Assembly: GCA_951406725.2 (NCBI GenBank)
Contig: OX597824.1
Span: 61,008,001-61,072,000 of the forward strand
Length of the DNA stretch: 64,000 nt
Origin: Octopus vulgaris
Taxonomy: Eukaryota
Direction: 5' to 3'
Under the pieces are notes generated by a model that worked only from the letters and a program-made list of their open reading frames with translations, did no database searches and was not told the DNA's origin. Both the position numbers and the translations under genes were made by a program. Positions 39,501 to 55,520 of the stretch are shown piece by piece (within the stretch, counting starts at the first letter, position 1; the number at the start of each line of letters is the position of its first letter).

Positions 39501-41915
39501 AGGCTCTCGGTGATGGAGACAGAGCACCGCAAAAGGTCGATAACAACCTTTGAAATACGGGAAGCAATGGCTAGCTGCACGAGGGATAAATCGCCTGGTT
39601 GGATGATTTGTCCTACGAAATTTACGCTTACATGCTAGACTTGTCGGGTGAACTCTTAGCAAACGTTTACTGCAACTGGCAACAGAATGGGAGAATTCCT
39701 AGATTTGTGAGCCAGGGAGCGGTGGCGTTTCTGAGAAAAGACTCTCAACAAGGGGTATTGTTTTGACAAATTTAGGCTTATAACTCTGCTGAATGCAGAG
39801 TTCAAAATTTTAGCCAAGTTATTAGGTACGAGGTTGGCGCTTGTTGTTGGGGATCTGGTGTGCCATCTCAAAAAGATCCATCCACGACAACCCCCACCTC
39901 ATGCAATACATCATTGAAAAAGTGACTAAAGAACCTGGCACGGGTAGGGCCCTGATCAATTTAGATCAGTCTAAAGCTTTCGATAGGGTTGACCATCTAT
40001 ACCTGTCGGCGATCCTCAAGGCAGCTGGTTTCGGGCCTGTATTCAGAGGCTGGATGGCTGCAATGCACAGCAACATCTGTTCAGTGGTCAGAGTGAACGG
40101 TGACCTCTGAGAGCCGTTCAAAATTATGCGCTCAGTCCGGCAAGGTCATCCCCTCCCTTCTCTATTGTACGTACTAACTCTCGAGCCACTACTACTGGAG
40201 ACGTTGAGAGGCATCCCGCGTGACCTAAACACGGGAAATGCGTGTCGGCATATGCTGGCGATATCACCGTAGTGGTGTCGGATCATAAACGCATACAAAT
40301 GATCGGCACCGCTCTCAGGGACTAAAAGGTGGTTTCAGGATCGACAATTAACCAGGAAAAATCAGTGGGCTTGCGGCTTGGCACATTGAGAAACAAGTCC
40401 ATGCTGTCCAACTGCGTCGTTGGGCACTGTACGGACGGATCGGTTAAATTTCTCGGGGTTTGGTTCGGTCCGGACCTCTAGATGGACAAAAACTGGGACG
40501 ACGTAACGAACAGGATGACTACTCTCACCCAGAAATGGGCCGAGAGAAAACTATCCCTAAAAGGTCGAGCAGAGGTGGCTAACGCGTATATCGCGTTCGT
40601 CATCTACTATCGCCTGACTATCGTGCTTTCTCCTGGCCACCGTTTGATTACGCTGGAGAGTATACTCTTCAGCTTCTTGTGGAAGGGACGTATCCCGATG
40701 GTCAGGCAGTCTATCTGCTGTCAGCATTCGCTGCATGGTAACCTGTGTATGCCGTAGTTGATGATGCGCAGACATGCGCTAAGGCTTCGTCATCTCCAGT
40801 GCTTCTTTGATGGTAAACAGGTGTGGTCGCCGTTCGCCAAACACGTATTTTCGCAGCTAGTTTCTGTAACGGAGCTGCAGTCCTGGGTAAAACAGAGACC
40901 GAGGGGAAGCATTTGGAAAGTGAATATCTTCAAGAGCTCACAGACCTCAGCCAATCGGATAGTGCGGTAAGTGAAACATCCACTTCAGCTTTTTATAGAA
41001 GATTAGTGGAAGAAAAGTGCGACGACGTTCTTAGGGAGATCTTGGGTATGGTAGAAGATCAGCCAGTCGCTCTTTTCCGGAGAATTTTTGGGCCGGGACC
41101 GATGGATAATTTCCAAAAATCTCTGGCCTGGCAGTGCAACCAGAGGCTTTGCCTGTTCAAAATAAACTTTACAGGCACGGAAGTGCCGTCAGACGAGCAT
41201 GCCTGAGATGCATATAGGACGACGAGACGGTCCTGCACACACTCGTCCAGTGCCCGAGCATTGCTGACTTGTGGGTTTATGTCGAACACCTACTGTCGTG
41301 TATGGGACGGATCCGGCTGTTAACTGAATCCAACGTGAAGCTCGCCCTGCCGCCTTTTTTGAACAAGGAAGGAAAGGCTGCTTTTATATGCCTGGTAGCC
41401 GTGGCGAAAGTTGTGTGGTGGGCGTGATTGAAGGGGCTGAAGACAAACACTTTTCTCTCTGACCAATCACTTGAAAAAGAAAATAAGGGTGGAGAGAGAA
41501 GTATTGTCTTCTAGTCAGTTTGCCGAAAGTTGGATGAAAGTGGCGAAAATGGTACGAGCATACGCCTGTAGTTGGAAAGAGGAAAGGCTACGAAAAAAGG
41601 AACCAGCCCCAAAAGTCAGGACACCCATGTTTTTTTATGGGGTTTTTCCATGAGCAGCCCTCGAATGTCTCCTCTCTATTCAGGATTACATATCTTTGAT
41701 CTTTTAAAAGATTTTTATTAGTTTTGATTACACGCAAAACCCTCACAACTACACACGCTCACACACATACACACGCATTTTTGTTTTGTCCTATGCTGTC
41801 CATGTTTTGTCCTATACAGTCCATGTTTTGTCCTGTGCTGTCCATGTTTTGTCCTGTGCTGTCCATGTTTTGTCCTATGCTGTCCTTCATATAAACCCTT
41901 GTGGTTAATAAAAAT
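36508..41915 (+). mobile_element. Near full-length degraded Tx1/L1-clade LINE
   Basis: ORF1 remnant with CCHC knuckle CHLCFSPKHLRAHC (~37826-37867). ORF2 from ~38235 (MVVYKISSVNVRGL), APE (LVGDWN, SYLDRIF, GPGFWKLN), RT (LDQSKAFDRVDH, SVRQG, AYAGD) and a C-terminal CLRC..ETVLHTLVQC. AATAAA, then (ATT)n. Confidence 0.9.
41783..41885. repeat. 21-bp minisatellite (ttttgtcctatgctgtccatg) x ~5 in the LINE 3'UTR
   Basis: Direct reading. Confidence 0.9.
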
Positions 41916-41931
41916 TTATTATTAATTATAC

Positions 41932-41982
<51 letters not shown>

Positions 41983-42030
41983 CATCATTATCATCATCAT
42001 CATTTTTGTTACTATTATTATTATTATTAG

Positions 42031-42633
42031 TATTCTATGTTTGACTTTTGCTTTATGTTTGTACAAGTTGGCTCCAAGTCTCACCCAGAGACCTCATTAG
42101 ACAACAGTTTGGAAGTTCACGTTGTTGTTATGCCTAGTGTGCCATATATATGATGGGTTTTTTTGGTGTTGTACTAGTGAATTCTAATAAATAAATTTTT
42201 TTTTTAAAGTTTGTTTTAAACCTTGAGATTACATAGAGAGTATTTTGCGTAGGATATGAGCAGTTCCCATGAGCACTATCTTTTGAATTTCTGCCATTTT
42301 GGGGTTTCCTGGTATTTGAGTTAGGTAGCAATCAGCCCCTTTCGCTATCATTCCCAGGGCACCTATGACAACAGGTATTGTTTTAGTCTTCAGCTTCCAC
42401 ATTTTGCTGATTTCTATTTCAAGATCTTTATATTTGCTCAGTTTTTGGTAGGTCTTGACAGATACGTTTATATCGATTGGACAGTCATATCAATGAGGAG
42501 GCATGTTCTTTGTCTGAAGTCTTTCAATATGATGTCAGGCTTGTTTGCATCTATCTTTCTGTCAGTTCGAATGGTGAAGTTCCAGAGGAGTGAGATGTGG
42601 TCATTTTCAAGCACTGGAGGTGGATTGTGTTTC

Positions 42634-42634
<1 letters not shown>
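42031..42634 (-). mobile_element. 5'-truncated R4/Dong-clade element (RLE domain plus 3'UTR) within (TAA)n
   Basis: LLWNFTIRTDRKIDANKPDIILKD..CLLID..KLSKYKDLEIEISKMWKLKTKTIPVVIGALG..IQKIVLMGTAHILRKIL*; ATT repeats on both sides. Confidence 0.9.
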
Positions 42635-44478
<1,844 letters not shown>

Positions 44479-44679
44479 AATAAGATTATATAGGACTATT
44501 TTTATTTGTGTATAACTTCTGGAGGAGTTATTTCAGTCCTATATAATCTTAATAAAAAAATGAAGTAGACTGACATGTAATTTTTGAACCTGTGGAAGGC
44601 ACGCTAGATGCCGAAATATCGTTCAACCAATCTCACATGATAACTATGGCACTCTTCTATTTTTATTCCATTATTATTA

Positions 44680-44749
<70 letters not shown>

Positions 44750-44902
44750 TACTACTACTACTATCATTATTATATGATGATCATCATCATCCTCATCATT
44801 ATAATCCCCTAACCTTCCCTTTTCCTCTAGTCCTCCCCAACTTCATACCTATCAGAGCATTTCCTCACACAACTCTCACTTTGTCTTTGTTTACAATTAT
44901 TA

Positions 44903-45300
44903 AGGTAGTGAGCTGGCAGAATAGTTAGTACGCCGAGCAAAATGCTTAGCACCATTTTGTCCGTCCTTATGTTCTGTATTCCAGTTCTGCTGAAGCAGTC
45001 TTTGCCTTTCATCGTTTCGGGTGTCAATAAAATAAGTACCAGTTGAACACTGAGGTCGATGTAATCGATTAGCTCACTTACAGAAATTGTCAGGCAGTAC
45101 GCCTATAGTAGAAAGGAATATTATTCAAAATGCCGAGCGCGGCATTTCACCAGGCTCCTTACGTGCTGAGTTTATATTTCACCGGGGTTGATTTGCCTTT
45201 GATATTTTTCGGGGTCGATAAAATAAGTCAACTGAGTTCTAGGTTCGATGTAATCGATTAACCTTTTCCCACTAAATTTTGTCGTCTTGTACCAATATTT
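44903..45300 (+). mobile_element. Two tandem SINE family A copies
   Basis: aggtagtgagctggcagaatagttagtacg..; second partial copy with cggggtcgataaaataag. Confidence 0.8.
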
Positions 45301-45307
45301 GAGATCA

Positions 45308-45364
45308 TTAATACTACTACTACTACTAATAATAATAATAATAATACTAATACTAATAATAATG

Positions 45365-45436
<72 letters not shown>
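45308..45436. repeat. (TAA)n microsatellite
   Basis: Direct reading. Confidence 0.95.
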
Positions 45437-45437
<1 letters not shown>

Positions 45438-46767
45438 AGAAATACAGTGTACTTAGTGTACAAAATGCTAAATAATCTAGCATTTACTATATCTGACTTC
45501 ACATTTTCCCGACGTTGACTTGTTTTACATCAGAGAATGACAATATACAATATCTATAGATTCTGAAGCAAAAGAAAAAAGAAAAACAAAGACCAACTAA
45601 CCTCACACCTATTAATTTGTGGTATTACACTCTTAAAAGGAATCCTTGTTATTGTTGTTATTACGAATTCTCTACTTCATTATAAATTATGCCTCATCAA
45701 CTTTACTGGATGTGGGCCAACAGTAATGTACTAAAAACCCTCATGCTTGACTTGTAATTGCTAGGTGTGGCTGTCGAAATTCTCTTAAATCAATCGTAAA
45801 TAGAGGGAAATTTGATTAAACATGTTACTGAAGATACATTACTTTATGTTCTAATTCATTATTAGTTCTTTCATAACTTCTGAAAAACGTTTAGACATTA
45901 CTGTTTAATAAAAGAATCCTACCAGCCATGACATATTGGTAACAATATCGTTTGCAAAACTAGAGAAACAATGTTATTGTTTATGAAAACGTGATTATAT
46001 TCACATTAAAGTGAGTTTTGATAGTTTTGATGTCTCAATCACAAAACTGAAGCCGTGACAAGAAAGAGGTTGTTACAGTATCCAATACAAACCTGACCAC
46101 AAATATTATTAAACATCGTGATGTCAAAATTTAAAATCAATAACATCATACTAGTGTAATGTTAAGCATGTCCCTGCTGATATAATATACTGTGAGAAGT
46201 TCCACCCAGGTTAGACTGATATCTCCAAAATTGTTAATTCAATTGAAGGCAGGAGGCGCATCATATGGTATTTTAAGAAAATGAACAATCTAGAAAGTAA
46301 ATGAAAATCTATCCTAAAATCATGTAATAAATAAATTTTGATGTAGGGGTGTAGTAGTGTACCTGTTTATGTTTGTTAATTGGGCCAATGTTTACTCTTT
46401 TCCTAATTTTTGTAGGCATTTTTGTTATTGTTGGTGATGATGATAGTTGTTGTGGTGGGAAGGTTAACCCAAGATCACTTCTAATTGAGTAGACCTTCAA
46501 TCAAAAGTACACCAGCCGTGACCATCCAATTATTTGGTACTTCAAACAGTAAATCTATCTAATGCTTCCTATATGTAAAGCGGTACAGTGTAGTTTAAGT
46601 GATATTTCACTGCTATTTTAAGCAGGTTGAATGACTTTGTAGAAGCTTTCTCGTTGACTCGTGAATCCCTGTATGTTCTGATAATGGTCGCAGTGAGAAT
46701 GAACTCCTTACTTGCTGTTCCTTTGCACGTATTATTGATCCGGTGCATAACAGGTCCTTAATGCTGT

Positions 46768-49700
46768 TGTGGCGAGAGTCAAAGAATAGCGTATTTGGTT
46801 GAAACGAGAGATCGGCAGAAGTCGGTAAGAGCGGTGTGGTAGTTCTACGTTGAACTCGCACCGAACCCGGTGTATTAGTGTGAACTGAACTTGCACCGAA
46901 CCCGTAATAGTAGTTGTTCGAATTACTATGTGTTGGTCCCGTCGCTAGAATGTGGTAGGGGTTTGATTCCCTTGCTCACAATACATCAGATACAGCTGTG
47001 CAGTGTTAACTAGCTAGAGGAAATGTCTTCTTGGGGTTAAAAAGTCGCACTAAAGTACATTTAGTGCTAACAAAATCACTTAGTACAACGAAAAACAAGA
47101 GTTCTAACAAAAGCACTTAGTACGACAAAAAACAAGAGTGCTAACAAGAGCGTTTAGTACAACGAAATACAAGAGTGCTGTGTGCAAAGAACAATACTAT
47201 TTAACAGTCGGGCAACAATACGTTACAACATCTGGCAAAGAGATATCAAGGATATAAAAGTGGCGACGAGATATTCGAAGCTTGCGTCGGACGTTAAATA
47301 TATTTTTTTTGTACGAAATCAAAAAAAAAATTATTAACATGGAAGACTTATTGGCTTGCGTGGTACAGTTGCAACAGCAACAACAACGGCAGTTACAACG
47401 ACAATACCAATAGTTACTGGAAGTAATGTTGAAGAAGTCTGAATATAATTCAGGTTCGTCCTCGTTAGACGGCGTAGCAAACTCAATTGGAGAATTTATT
47501 TATAACACTGTAGGTATTATTTTTTCTGCATATTTTAGAGGATACGAAGAAATCTCCAAAGAAGAATGTAAAAATTGGAATGACGAGAAGAAGATGCGAC
47601 TACTTTTAAAAAAGTTATCCTCTGCCGAACACGAAAAATACTGTAATTATATTCTGCCGAAGAAACTAAGTGAGATTTGCTTCGATGAAATAATTTATTA
47701 TCGAGAATTTTCAGTGGAAGAAGTTCCCTGTTCAATATTTGTTGGCTGGTGAAGATTTTGTCACCTATGCTGGGATCGTTAACAGAGAGTGGGAAAAATT
47801 CAAATTAAATTAATTAAACCCGGATTTGTTCAAATGTCTAATTTTTGTTCAAGAGTTAACTGCAAAAAATGTTATACGTTCCCGTATATTAACAAATTTA
47901 GAACAGGGCCAGAAATTAACTCTACAGGCAGTGGCTGAAGAATACCAGAGGATTATAAATTTAAGACATCACGCCGATAAAACTGAAGAAAAAGATTGCT
48001 CTCAGATACAGGCGTGTCGATCTGAAACGGACAAGAAAAAAGAAAAACGAACGTCAACACCAAATCCATACTATGAGTGCAGGGGTTTACATTTTAGAAG
48101 TAATTGTCCTTTTAAAAATCTTCAATGTCTTGATTGTGGAAAAATCGGACATAAAAGCTCATATTGTATAACGAAACAAAAAAAGGATCAAACCTGAAAA
48201 ATTCTAGAAAGAATGTATTGTTAACAAAAATTCTAAGTGAGGCTCAGAAAAGAAAATTTGTGTCCATAAAAATGAATAATGTGAATATCAAGTTACAATT
48301 GGATGCGGGCAGTGATATCACGATAATTAATGCAGATACATGGAGAAAAATAGGGAAACTTAAATTAAAGGAAACTTCGAAAACTGCGCGAGGTGTTTCA
48401 GGAAAATATTGCATTTTATGGACGAAAAACCTTAAAAGCCAAAGTTCTTGTGTTGAAAAATATGACAAATTTATTTGGAATAGACTGGATGGATCTATTT
48501 AACTTTTGGGACCTCCCCATAAATATTTTTTGGAAAAATGTGAATGATTCTTCCATTACAAATAAGGCGTCAGAGGATTTAAAAAAGGAATTTTAAAAAA
48601 TTTCCCCGAAGTTTTTTCTGATGAATTGGGTCTTTGTACCAAAACAGATGCGAAGTTTCAAGTGAAAGAAAACGCTATACCGGTATTTAAACCAAAAAGA
48701 ATGGTACCTTTCGCAGCGTTGAAACAAGTCAACGAAGAATTGGATAGAGTTGAAAAGCTTGGCGTTATTGAAAAAATTAATTACACAAAATGGCCGTCCC
48801 TAAAAGTTTAGGTCAAGAAAAAAATCCGAGTATGCGCTGATTTTTCAATGGGAATAAACGAATGTCTGATGCCATATAATTTACCCATTGCCAAATCCGG
48901 AGGAAATTTTCGCAAAGTTGAATGGAGGAATTTTTTTTCAAATTTGGACCTATCTGAAGCAAATTTGCAGGTAAATGTCGATGAAGAATGTTCAAAATTA
49001 TTGACAATAAATTCACATAAAGGGCTGTATAAATTTAATTGACTCCCTTTTTGTATAATGTCCAACAAGTTATGGACATTATGCTCGCAGATTCGGATTT
49101 CGCTGTAGCTTACCTTGACGACATACTCATAAAATGTGAATCTCGGGGTCAGCATGATGAGCATGTTAAAAACGTCTTCGAAATAATAAAGGATTATGGG
49201 TTTAAGCTCAGTGAGGAGAAGTGTGAAGTTTTCATGCCAAGAATAAATATCTGAGGCAGATTATTGATGAAAATGAACGCAGATCAGACCCGTCTAGGGC
49301 GAGTGCAATAAAAACTATGTCGCCCCTAACAAACATTAAAACGTTACAAACATTTTGGGGGCTCTCGCAAATTACTACCAGCTATATATACCGAATATGC
49401 CCGATTTAAGAGCATCCCTGAATAACTTGTTAAAAAAAGACGTTAAGTGGAACTGCTCGGATAAATACCAAAAAGCTTTTGAAGAAATTTAAACTTCTTA
49501 ACGATGGAATTGTCGTTATCATATTTTGACCCGAATTTAGAAATAGTAGTGGCAGCAGATGCTAGTGAAAGTAGTACTGGAGCTGTGTTCTTACACAAAT
49601 ATGAAGATGGTAGCCTGAAAGCCGTAGCTCATGCTTCGCGTTCATTATTGCCGGTTGAGAAAAGTTACTGTCAAATAGAAAAAGAAGCATTAGCCATATT

Positions 49701-51080
49701 TTCGGTAAAAAAAATTCCATAAATTTATACATGGCAAAAGGTTCCGTCTGCAGACCGACCACCGCCCATTATTGTGGATCTACGGATGAAAAAAGGGTAT
49801 CCTCACACCTACAGCCAACAAATTGCAGTGCTGGGGAACGATCCTACTGAATTACGACTTCAAGATGAAGTATTTGCCATCGAAAAAATTGGGACATGCA
49901 GATGGTTTGTCGAGGTTAATACCAGAATACAGAGAACCATTAGAAGACACAGTGATAGCGGCACTAAAAGCTGGAAATGAAATAAAAAAATAAATTGCAC
50001 ATTGTTGTGATTGAATTTCCTTTGACATTAGAGGAAATAAAAATTAAGGTAGGGACGGATGAGTTTATCATAAAAATGAAAAAAAAATAGAGATCAGAAG
50101 AAACAAATATAAATACGAATGGTTGGATGTAACAGTTTCGAATTTGCATTCAATATGTGATAATGTGCTTATGTAAGCACAGAGGGTCGTAATGCCTACC
50201 TCACTACAAGGTCGAATTTTAAAGCAATTTCACACTGGACATCCAGGAATTTCTAAGATGAAGTCGCTTATGAAGAGTTAAGTTTACTGGCCAAAAAGGG
50301 ATCTAGAGATTGAGAAGTTGGTAAAATCCTGCAGAGGTTGTGCTCTTACAGCGAAATCACCACCTATAAAATTTCAACCTTGGCCCAAGACCGATTGTCC
50401 AAGGCCCAGACTACAAAAACTGACATCCACGGTAAGAGTGGAATTTCTGCACGAACTTTTTGCTAGGTATAGTGTCCCGGATATCACAAATTTAAGAATT
50501 TTTGCAAGATGTACTCAGTTGAACATATTACTACTACACCGTATCAACCAAGATCAAACGGACAAGCAGAAAGGTTTATGGATACATTTAAAAGAGCATT
50601 AAAAGAAATCAAGAAACGAGCTAATCGATGACACAATTCTTGGGGGTTTGTAGGATAACACCAAATCTAAACAGAAAAAAAGAAAAGAGATACCCTTGGA
50701 ATTGTGATACGACACTTTTGATGCTCAAACGCCACAAGAAATCGAACCTAGTCGTAGCAGCATAAGAAAGAGAAAACAAACACGAAGGTTGGAAGTAATG
50801 CCTAAACAGAAGAAATATTAAACTTTCCTAGAGGAAAAATCTCAAACGGGGAGATGTGATGAAAGAAAAGTAAACAAAAATAAGAATATCAACTTCCAAC
50901 GAAACTCAATCTCAAAGGGGGAAACGTTGTAACGAGAGTCATTGACACCCCTAGGGGACTGGAAGAATGGACTAGCCGAACTCTAATAAAGAGTAGCGTA
51001 TTGGTTGAGATGACAGTTCGGTAGGAGTCGTTGAAAGTTCGTTTTGGGGTCTCACGAAGTACGTCGTGTGAACACACTGA
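46768..51080 (+). mobile_element. Gypsy/Ty3 LTR retrotransposon (Mag/K02A2.6-like), degraded
   Basis: 5' LTR TG..cgttaCA (46768-47227), PBS-like tggcgacgag (~47262), Gag knuckles (CRGLHFRSNC, CLDCGKIGHKSSYC), protease LDAGS, RT YLDD, RNase H DAS/EKEALA, integrase HTGHPG..CRGC, PPT aagggggaaa, and a partial 3' LTR from 50928 (tgtaacgagagtc..aaagagtagcgtattggttga). Confidence 0.9.
47063..47178. repeat. ~37-bp tandem repeat (x3) inside the LTR
   Basis: gtgctaacaaaa..cttagtacaacgaaaaacaaga repeated. Confidence 0.85.
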
Positions 51081-51222
51081 CTTTACCTTCGAATCGTTAA
51101 ATTATATATCCAACGTGTGTCAAGGATGTAAAATAGATCATCTGAGATCAAGTAGCCGTAAGAAACTGAATAAATGAAAGGTACTTAGTGGGTGAGTAAT
51201 AGGTTCTCTATATAGGACTCTG

Positions 51223-51455
51223 AGGCGGCGAGCTGGTAGAAACGTTAGCACGCCGGGCGAAATTCGTAGCCGTATTTCGTCTGTCGTTACGTTCCGAGTT
51301 CAAATTCCGCCGAGGTCGACTTTGCCTTTCATCCTTTCGGGGTCGATAAATTAAGTACCAGTTACGCACTGGGGTCGATGTAGTCGACTTAATCCCTTTG
51401 TCTGTCCTTGTTTGTCCCCTCTGTGTTTAGCCCCTTTGTGGGTAGTAAAGAAATA
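51223..51455 (+). mobile_element. SINE family A, young copy with TSD
   Basis: ggcggcgagctggtagaaacgttagcacgccgggcgaaat..gttcaaattccgcc..; flanked by the direct repeat tatataggactctga. Confidence 0.9.
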
Positions 51456-52781
51456 TATATAGGACTCTGAAAATTCTAGATGCCATTTTACTCTGTGGAT
51501 GTTTGGTGTTTTGTGTTGTTTTTCAAGGTTGGTGCTTAGTTTTGTGTTTGGGCGAATTGTGAGGAATAAAGTCGGATGTTTTGTTGGTGACGATTGTATT
51601 CAATGATAACTAGTATAGAGTATTTTAAGTTTTTGTTGGAATCGTAATCTATGCATTGCTTGAGCAGAATGGTGATTGAAAGTGATGGTTCAGATTTGCA
51701 AAAGAAGAAATGAACTTGAATTTCTAGGAGGGTGTAGATCCATGATGTTGTTTCAGTTAAGTCTTTTCAAAGTTTTATAATTATTATTTCTCTCTGTAGA
51801 ACTTGAAAATGTGTTGGTAGGATCGTGGAAAATAGTGATGAATGAAATAATTCTTTCGAGACTTAGTTATCTTAGGTGTATGTTTCAGTCGTTTTCGGGA
51901 TCTCTTTCATTTCTGGTATCGAACTGCAGGAAGAGAACAAATCATGAACAGAGTGAAAGATTCTTATTTCATGTTTCGATCTTCTATCTTCTTTGAGTGT
52001 CTTTTACTGACTAATTTTCAAAAGGTATTTAATAAATCATTGCGCTTCTTATTGTGGAGTAGGTATATTACTTGAAACCATTATTGTAACGCTTCTGTGC
52101 TATAATTTAGTCTAGAGGAAGGAGATGCGCAAAAAGTATTCACAGACGTCTGGAGACCGGTGAGATCTATGCAGTTGTTGTTCATCTTAAACAGTTGCAA
52201 GTCGTGGAGTAAGAGAATATTCCAGAGGAGTGTTATTATGAAATGAAAGATTGGGTATGATAGTTACTGCAAGGCCAATATAGGGAGGAGAGGTATTTGA
52301 GATGGATAGGGTTAGGTGGAGGTTACACGGGACAACTACATTGAATATAATTTATTATTTGATTTTCCTGTAGTGTGTGCCCCTGAGTACGTTCCATTAC
52401 TCTAATGTAGATTCACTTACCTATAGTGATATTTATGTCAATGATATGATTGACATGTCAGACAGGCACAATTGCATTGTTGTTTGTTGATCCATTGTTT
52501 GTTTAATAGCTTTTTGTCGCAAACCGGTACAGAAACAGAGGAGGTGGATATCTTTGTTGAGAGATATTGTTATTTTTTGAGAGAAGGCTGTTGTTTGTAA
52601 GAAAGAGAGGGCAGCGTTTTTTATTGAGAAAGGGTGAGTAATAGTGAATGGGTCGTGATTAGTCATTTCAAATGTGTGTGGTGTGACGTAGTTATGACCG
52701 ATATTAATGTTGTTCACATTGTTAATATCCTAGTTTTGTATTTTATTGCTTGTTTTCAGTTAATAGTAGTGCTCTTACGAT

Positions 52782-54580
52782 GGTGGTGAGCTTGTACAAT
52801 CATTAGCACGTCGGGCAAAATGCTTAATGGTATTTTGGCTGCCGTTACGTTGTGAGTTCAAATTCCGCCGAAATCGACTTTACCTTTGATCCTTTCAGGG
52901 TTGATAAATTAAGTACCAGTTACGCACTGGGTTGGATGTAATCGACTTAATACCTATGTCTGTCCTTGTTTGTCCCCTCTATGTTTAGCCCCTTGTGGGT
53001 AATAAAGAAATAGGTATTTCGTCCGAGGTCATCCTGTCTTTTATCCTTTCGGGGTCGATAAAATAAGCGTCAAGTCAAGCACTGGGGTCGATGTAATCGA
53101 CTAGCTACCCCACCACTACCACCACCACCTCCACGAAACTGCTGGCATTGTTCCAAAAATTTGAAACTAATATTAGTGCACTTACTACATTTTTCATTTA
53201 TCAGAATTACAGATTTGATTAACATTAATAATTAAAGCAGTTTCCCACTTCTCATTGCAAGGATAATTTTAATTGCTGACACTTCTGTGTTCATTACATT
53301 AAATATGTTAGATCTCAATTAGGTTTTATCAGTTTAGTTATTAATCTCAATTAGAACCGTTTAATTGATATTTGCCCTTTGGCATATATTTGATGATTCT
53401 ACAGTTGTTTTATTGAATTATATTCTATTGCGTTATTTGCAAGAGCTATATCAAAATCTTAAAACAATAATTTTGTCTCTTGGTGGAAGTAGTTCCGCTA
53501 AACTTTCATGAAATCTATAGAAGTGCTTTTGTTTACTAATAAACATGTATAAGTGTGCTACAGAATGAGGAGATGATCAGAAGAAAATTCGAAGAAATGT
53601 TACGCTAAATAGGTGCGTGAAGCATGCGGTGATGTCTGAATTAATAATTACAAGTATGCAACGTCTTATCCGAAATTCTAAAAGTCGAAAATTTTGTCCC
53701 GTGGAGGTCGTCTGCACATCAAAGCTCAGGTTAGGTGCCAGATAACCCCCTAGTACACTAGTAATTTTATGGTCTTTCTTATCTCACATTATTTACCTAT
53801 TATTACATCTCTATCTTCCATATTTTAAGGTGGTGAGTGAGCAGAATCGTTAGCACATTAGACAAAATGCTTAGTGGCTTTTCTTCTGGCTCATCACGTT
53901 CTGTGTTTAAATTTTCTGCCGAAGTTTATTCTGCCTTCTTTCTCTAAGGGGTCGATTAAATAAGAACTAGTCTAACTCTGGGGTCAATTCCACTGACTTA
54001 ACCACCTCCCCTTAAAATTGTTAACTTCTTGCCAAAATGTGAAATCATTATCTTCCCTACTTAAACTTCATTTCTTTCAACTTTTCTCCCCATTTTAAAT
54101 GTCCCTTTAGTTATTTAATATTGGGACATATATAGCTTTCTAATCACGATTTATATTAATTATTACACTTTATCTAAGGCAGCAAGCTGACAGAATCATT
54201 AGTACATAGGACAAAATGCTTAGCGGCATTTCATCCGACTTTACATTCTGAGTTCATATTCCGTCGAGGTCGCCGTTGATCTTTTCGGACCTTACGCACT
54301 GGGGTCGATAGAATCGACTTGTCCCCTCCCCAAAATGTCAGGCCTTCTGCCTTTAGTAGAAAGGATTATTACACCTTATCTACGGTGGCGAGCTGGTAGA
54401 ATCGTTAGTACGTCGGGCAAAATGCTTAGCGGCATTTCGTACGTTTATACGTTCTGAGTTCAAATTCCGCCGTGACCGGCTATGCCCTTCATGATTGTCG
54501 AGTATTGGGGTCGATGTAATCGACCAGCCCCTTCCCGCCGAATTTCAGCCTTTGTACCTATAGTAGAAAGGCTTATCACA
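52782..54580 (+). mobile_element. Cluster of co-oriented SINE family A copies (52782-53165, 53828-54050, 54177-54368, 54383-54575)
   Basis: Repeated cgttagcacg..caaaatgcttag..ggggtcgat motifs. Confidence 0.85.
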
Positions 54581-55302
54581 CCTTTTCATTGCTGGAATTA
54601 TTTAACATCTTATAACACTCCCTGAAATTTGGATTGCAGTTGCTGAGCATGAATACCTCTTCTGCTTAAACCATCAATTAGATCCTTTATCATATATAAT
54701 CATTAGCTCACTAATAATGACAATGATATTTACAAACCGATTTAAATGGTTTAAATATAATCATTTAGCCTTTTTATATTTACCCTCAACAGCATAATTT
54801 GATAAGAGAATTAACAATTGTAAACAGTGGCAACTATCTTCTCCTGTCCCCTCTGTTATATTTATGAATATATGAAATTCTCTCCCTTGTGAAATAACTC
54901 TCTTCATTGTATTTAAAGGAAAATGTTTCGCTATTCCTTCTGGATCGAGGAGGTCTATTTGCAATTCGACATTCTGTTAATCCTGTTAATCAATTACGAT
55001 TTGTCTGCCATTTTCTTAACTCTGATTATAACTTCAGTTTAAATTCTGCTCAGAGGCTACGTTGATATATGCCTTCCAGCTTTCTAAGTTAAGTCTACGA
55101 TCCAGCTAGTGTATATACATATCTATCTGTCTACCTGTCTCACTCTCTCTCTCTCTCTCTCTCTCTCTTCTTTCTCTCTTTCTGTGTGTGTGTGTGTGTA
55201 TGTATACATACATACATCCGATCCATAGGAGAAATATATACACATGTTCCATGATTGCAGGTTTAATAATGAATAAACCTCCTTCACTTGTCAATAGACT
55301 CA

Positions 55303-55520
55303 TATGGCTGGTTTCCCAGATTCTGTGATGTGTATATTTCCCCTTTGGATTGGATGCTGGTCGGTTGCAAGAAACTTGTTTTTGCTTGCTGAGTTGACTT
55401 GAGCAATGTGAAATGAAGTGTTTTGCTCAAGAACACAATGCATTGCTTGGTCCAGGAATCGAAACCGCAATTTTATGATCATGAGTCCAATACTCTAACC
55501 ACTAAGCCACCCACCTCCAT
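55303..55520 (-). mobile_element. SINE family C
   Basis: Minus strand has A-box tggcttagtggttaga and B-box-like ggtttcgattcc, then ttcttgagcaaaacacttcatttcac. Confidence 0.75.

Noticed and set aside
51223-51310. tRNA gene calls for SINE heads
   Set aside because: A/B-box-like motifs are present, but there is no proper cloverleaf and they are always attached to SINE bodies.
51470-52750. Strand-skewed segment (like 1700-3150) as LINE ORF1 remnants
   Set aside because: The composition suggests a decayed minus-strand retroelement, but I could not read any diagnostic motif.
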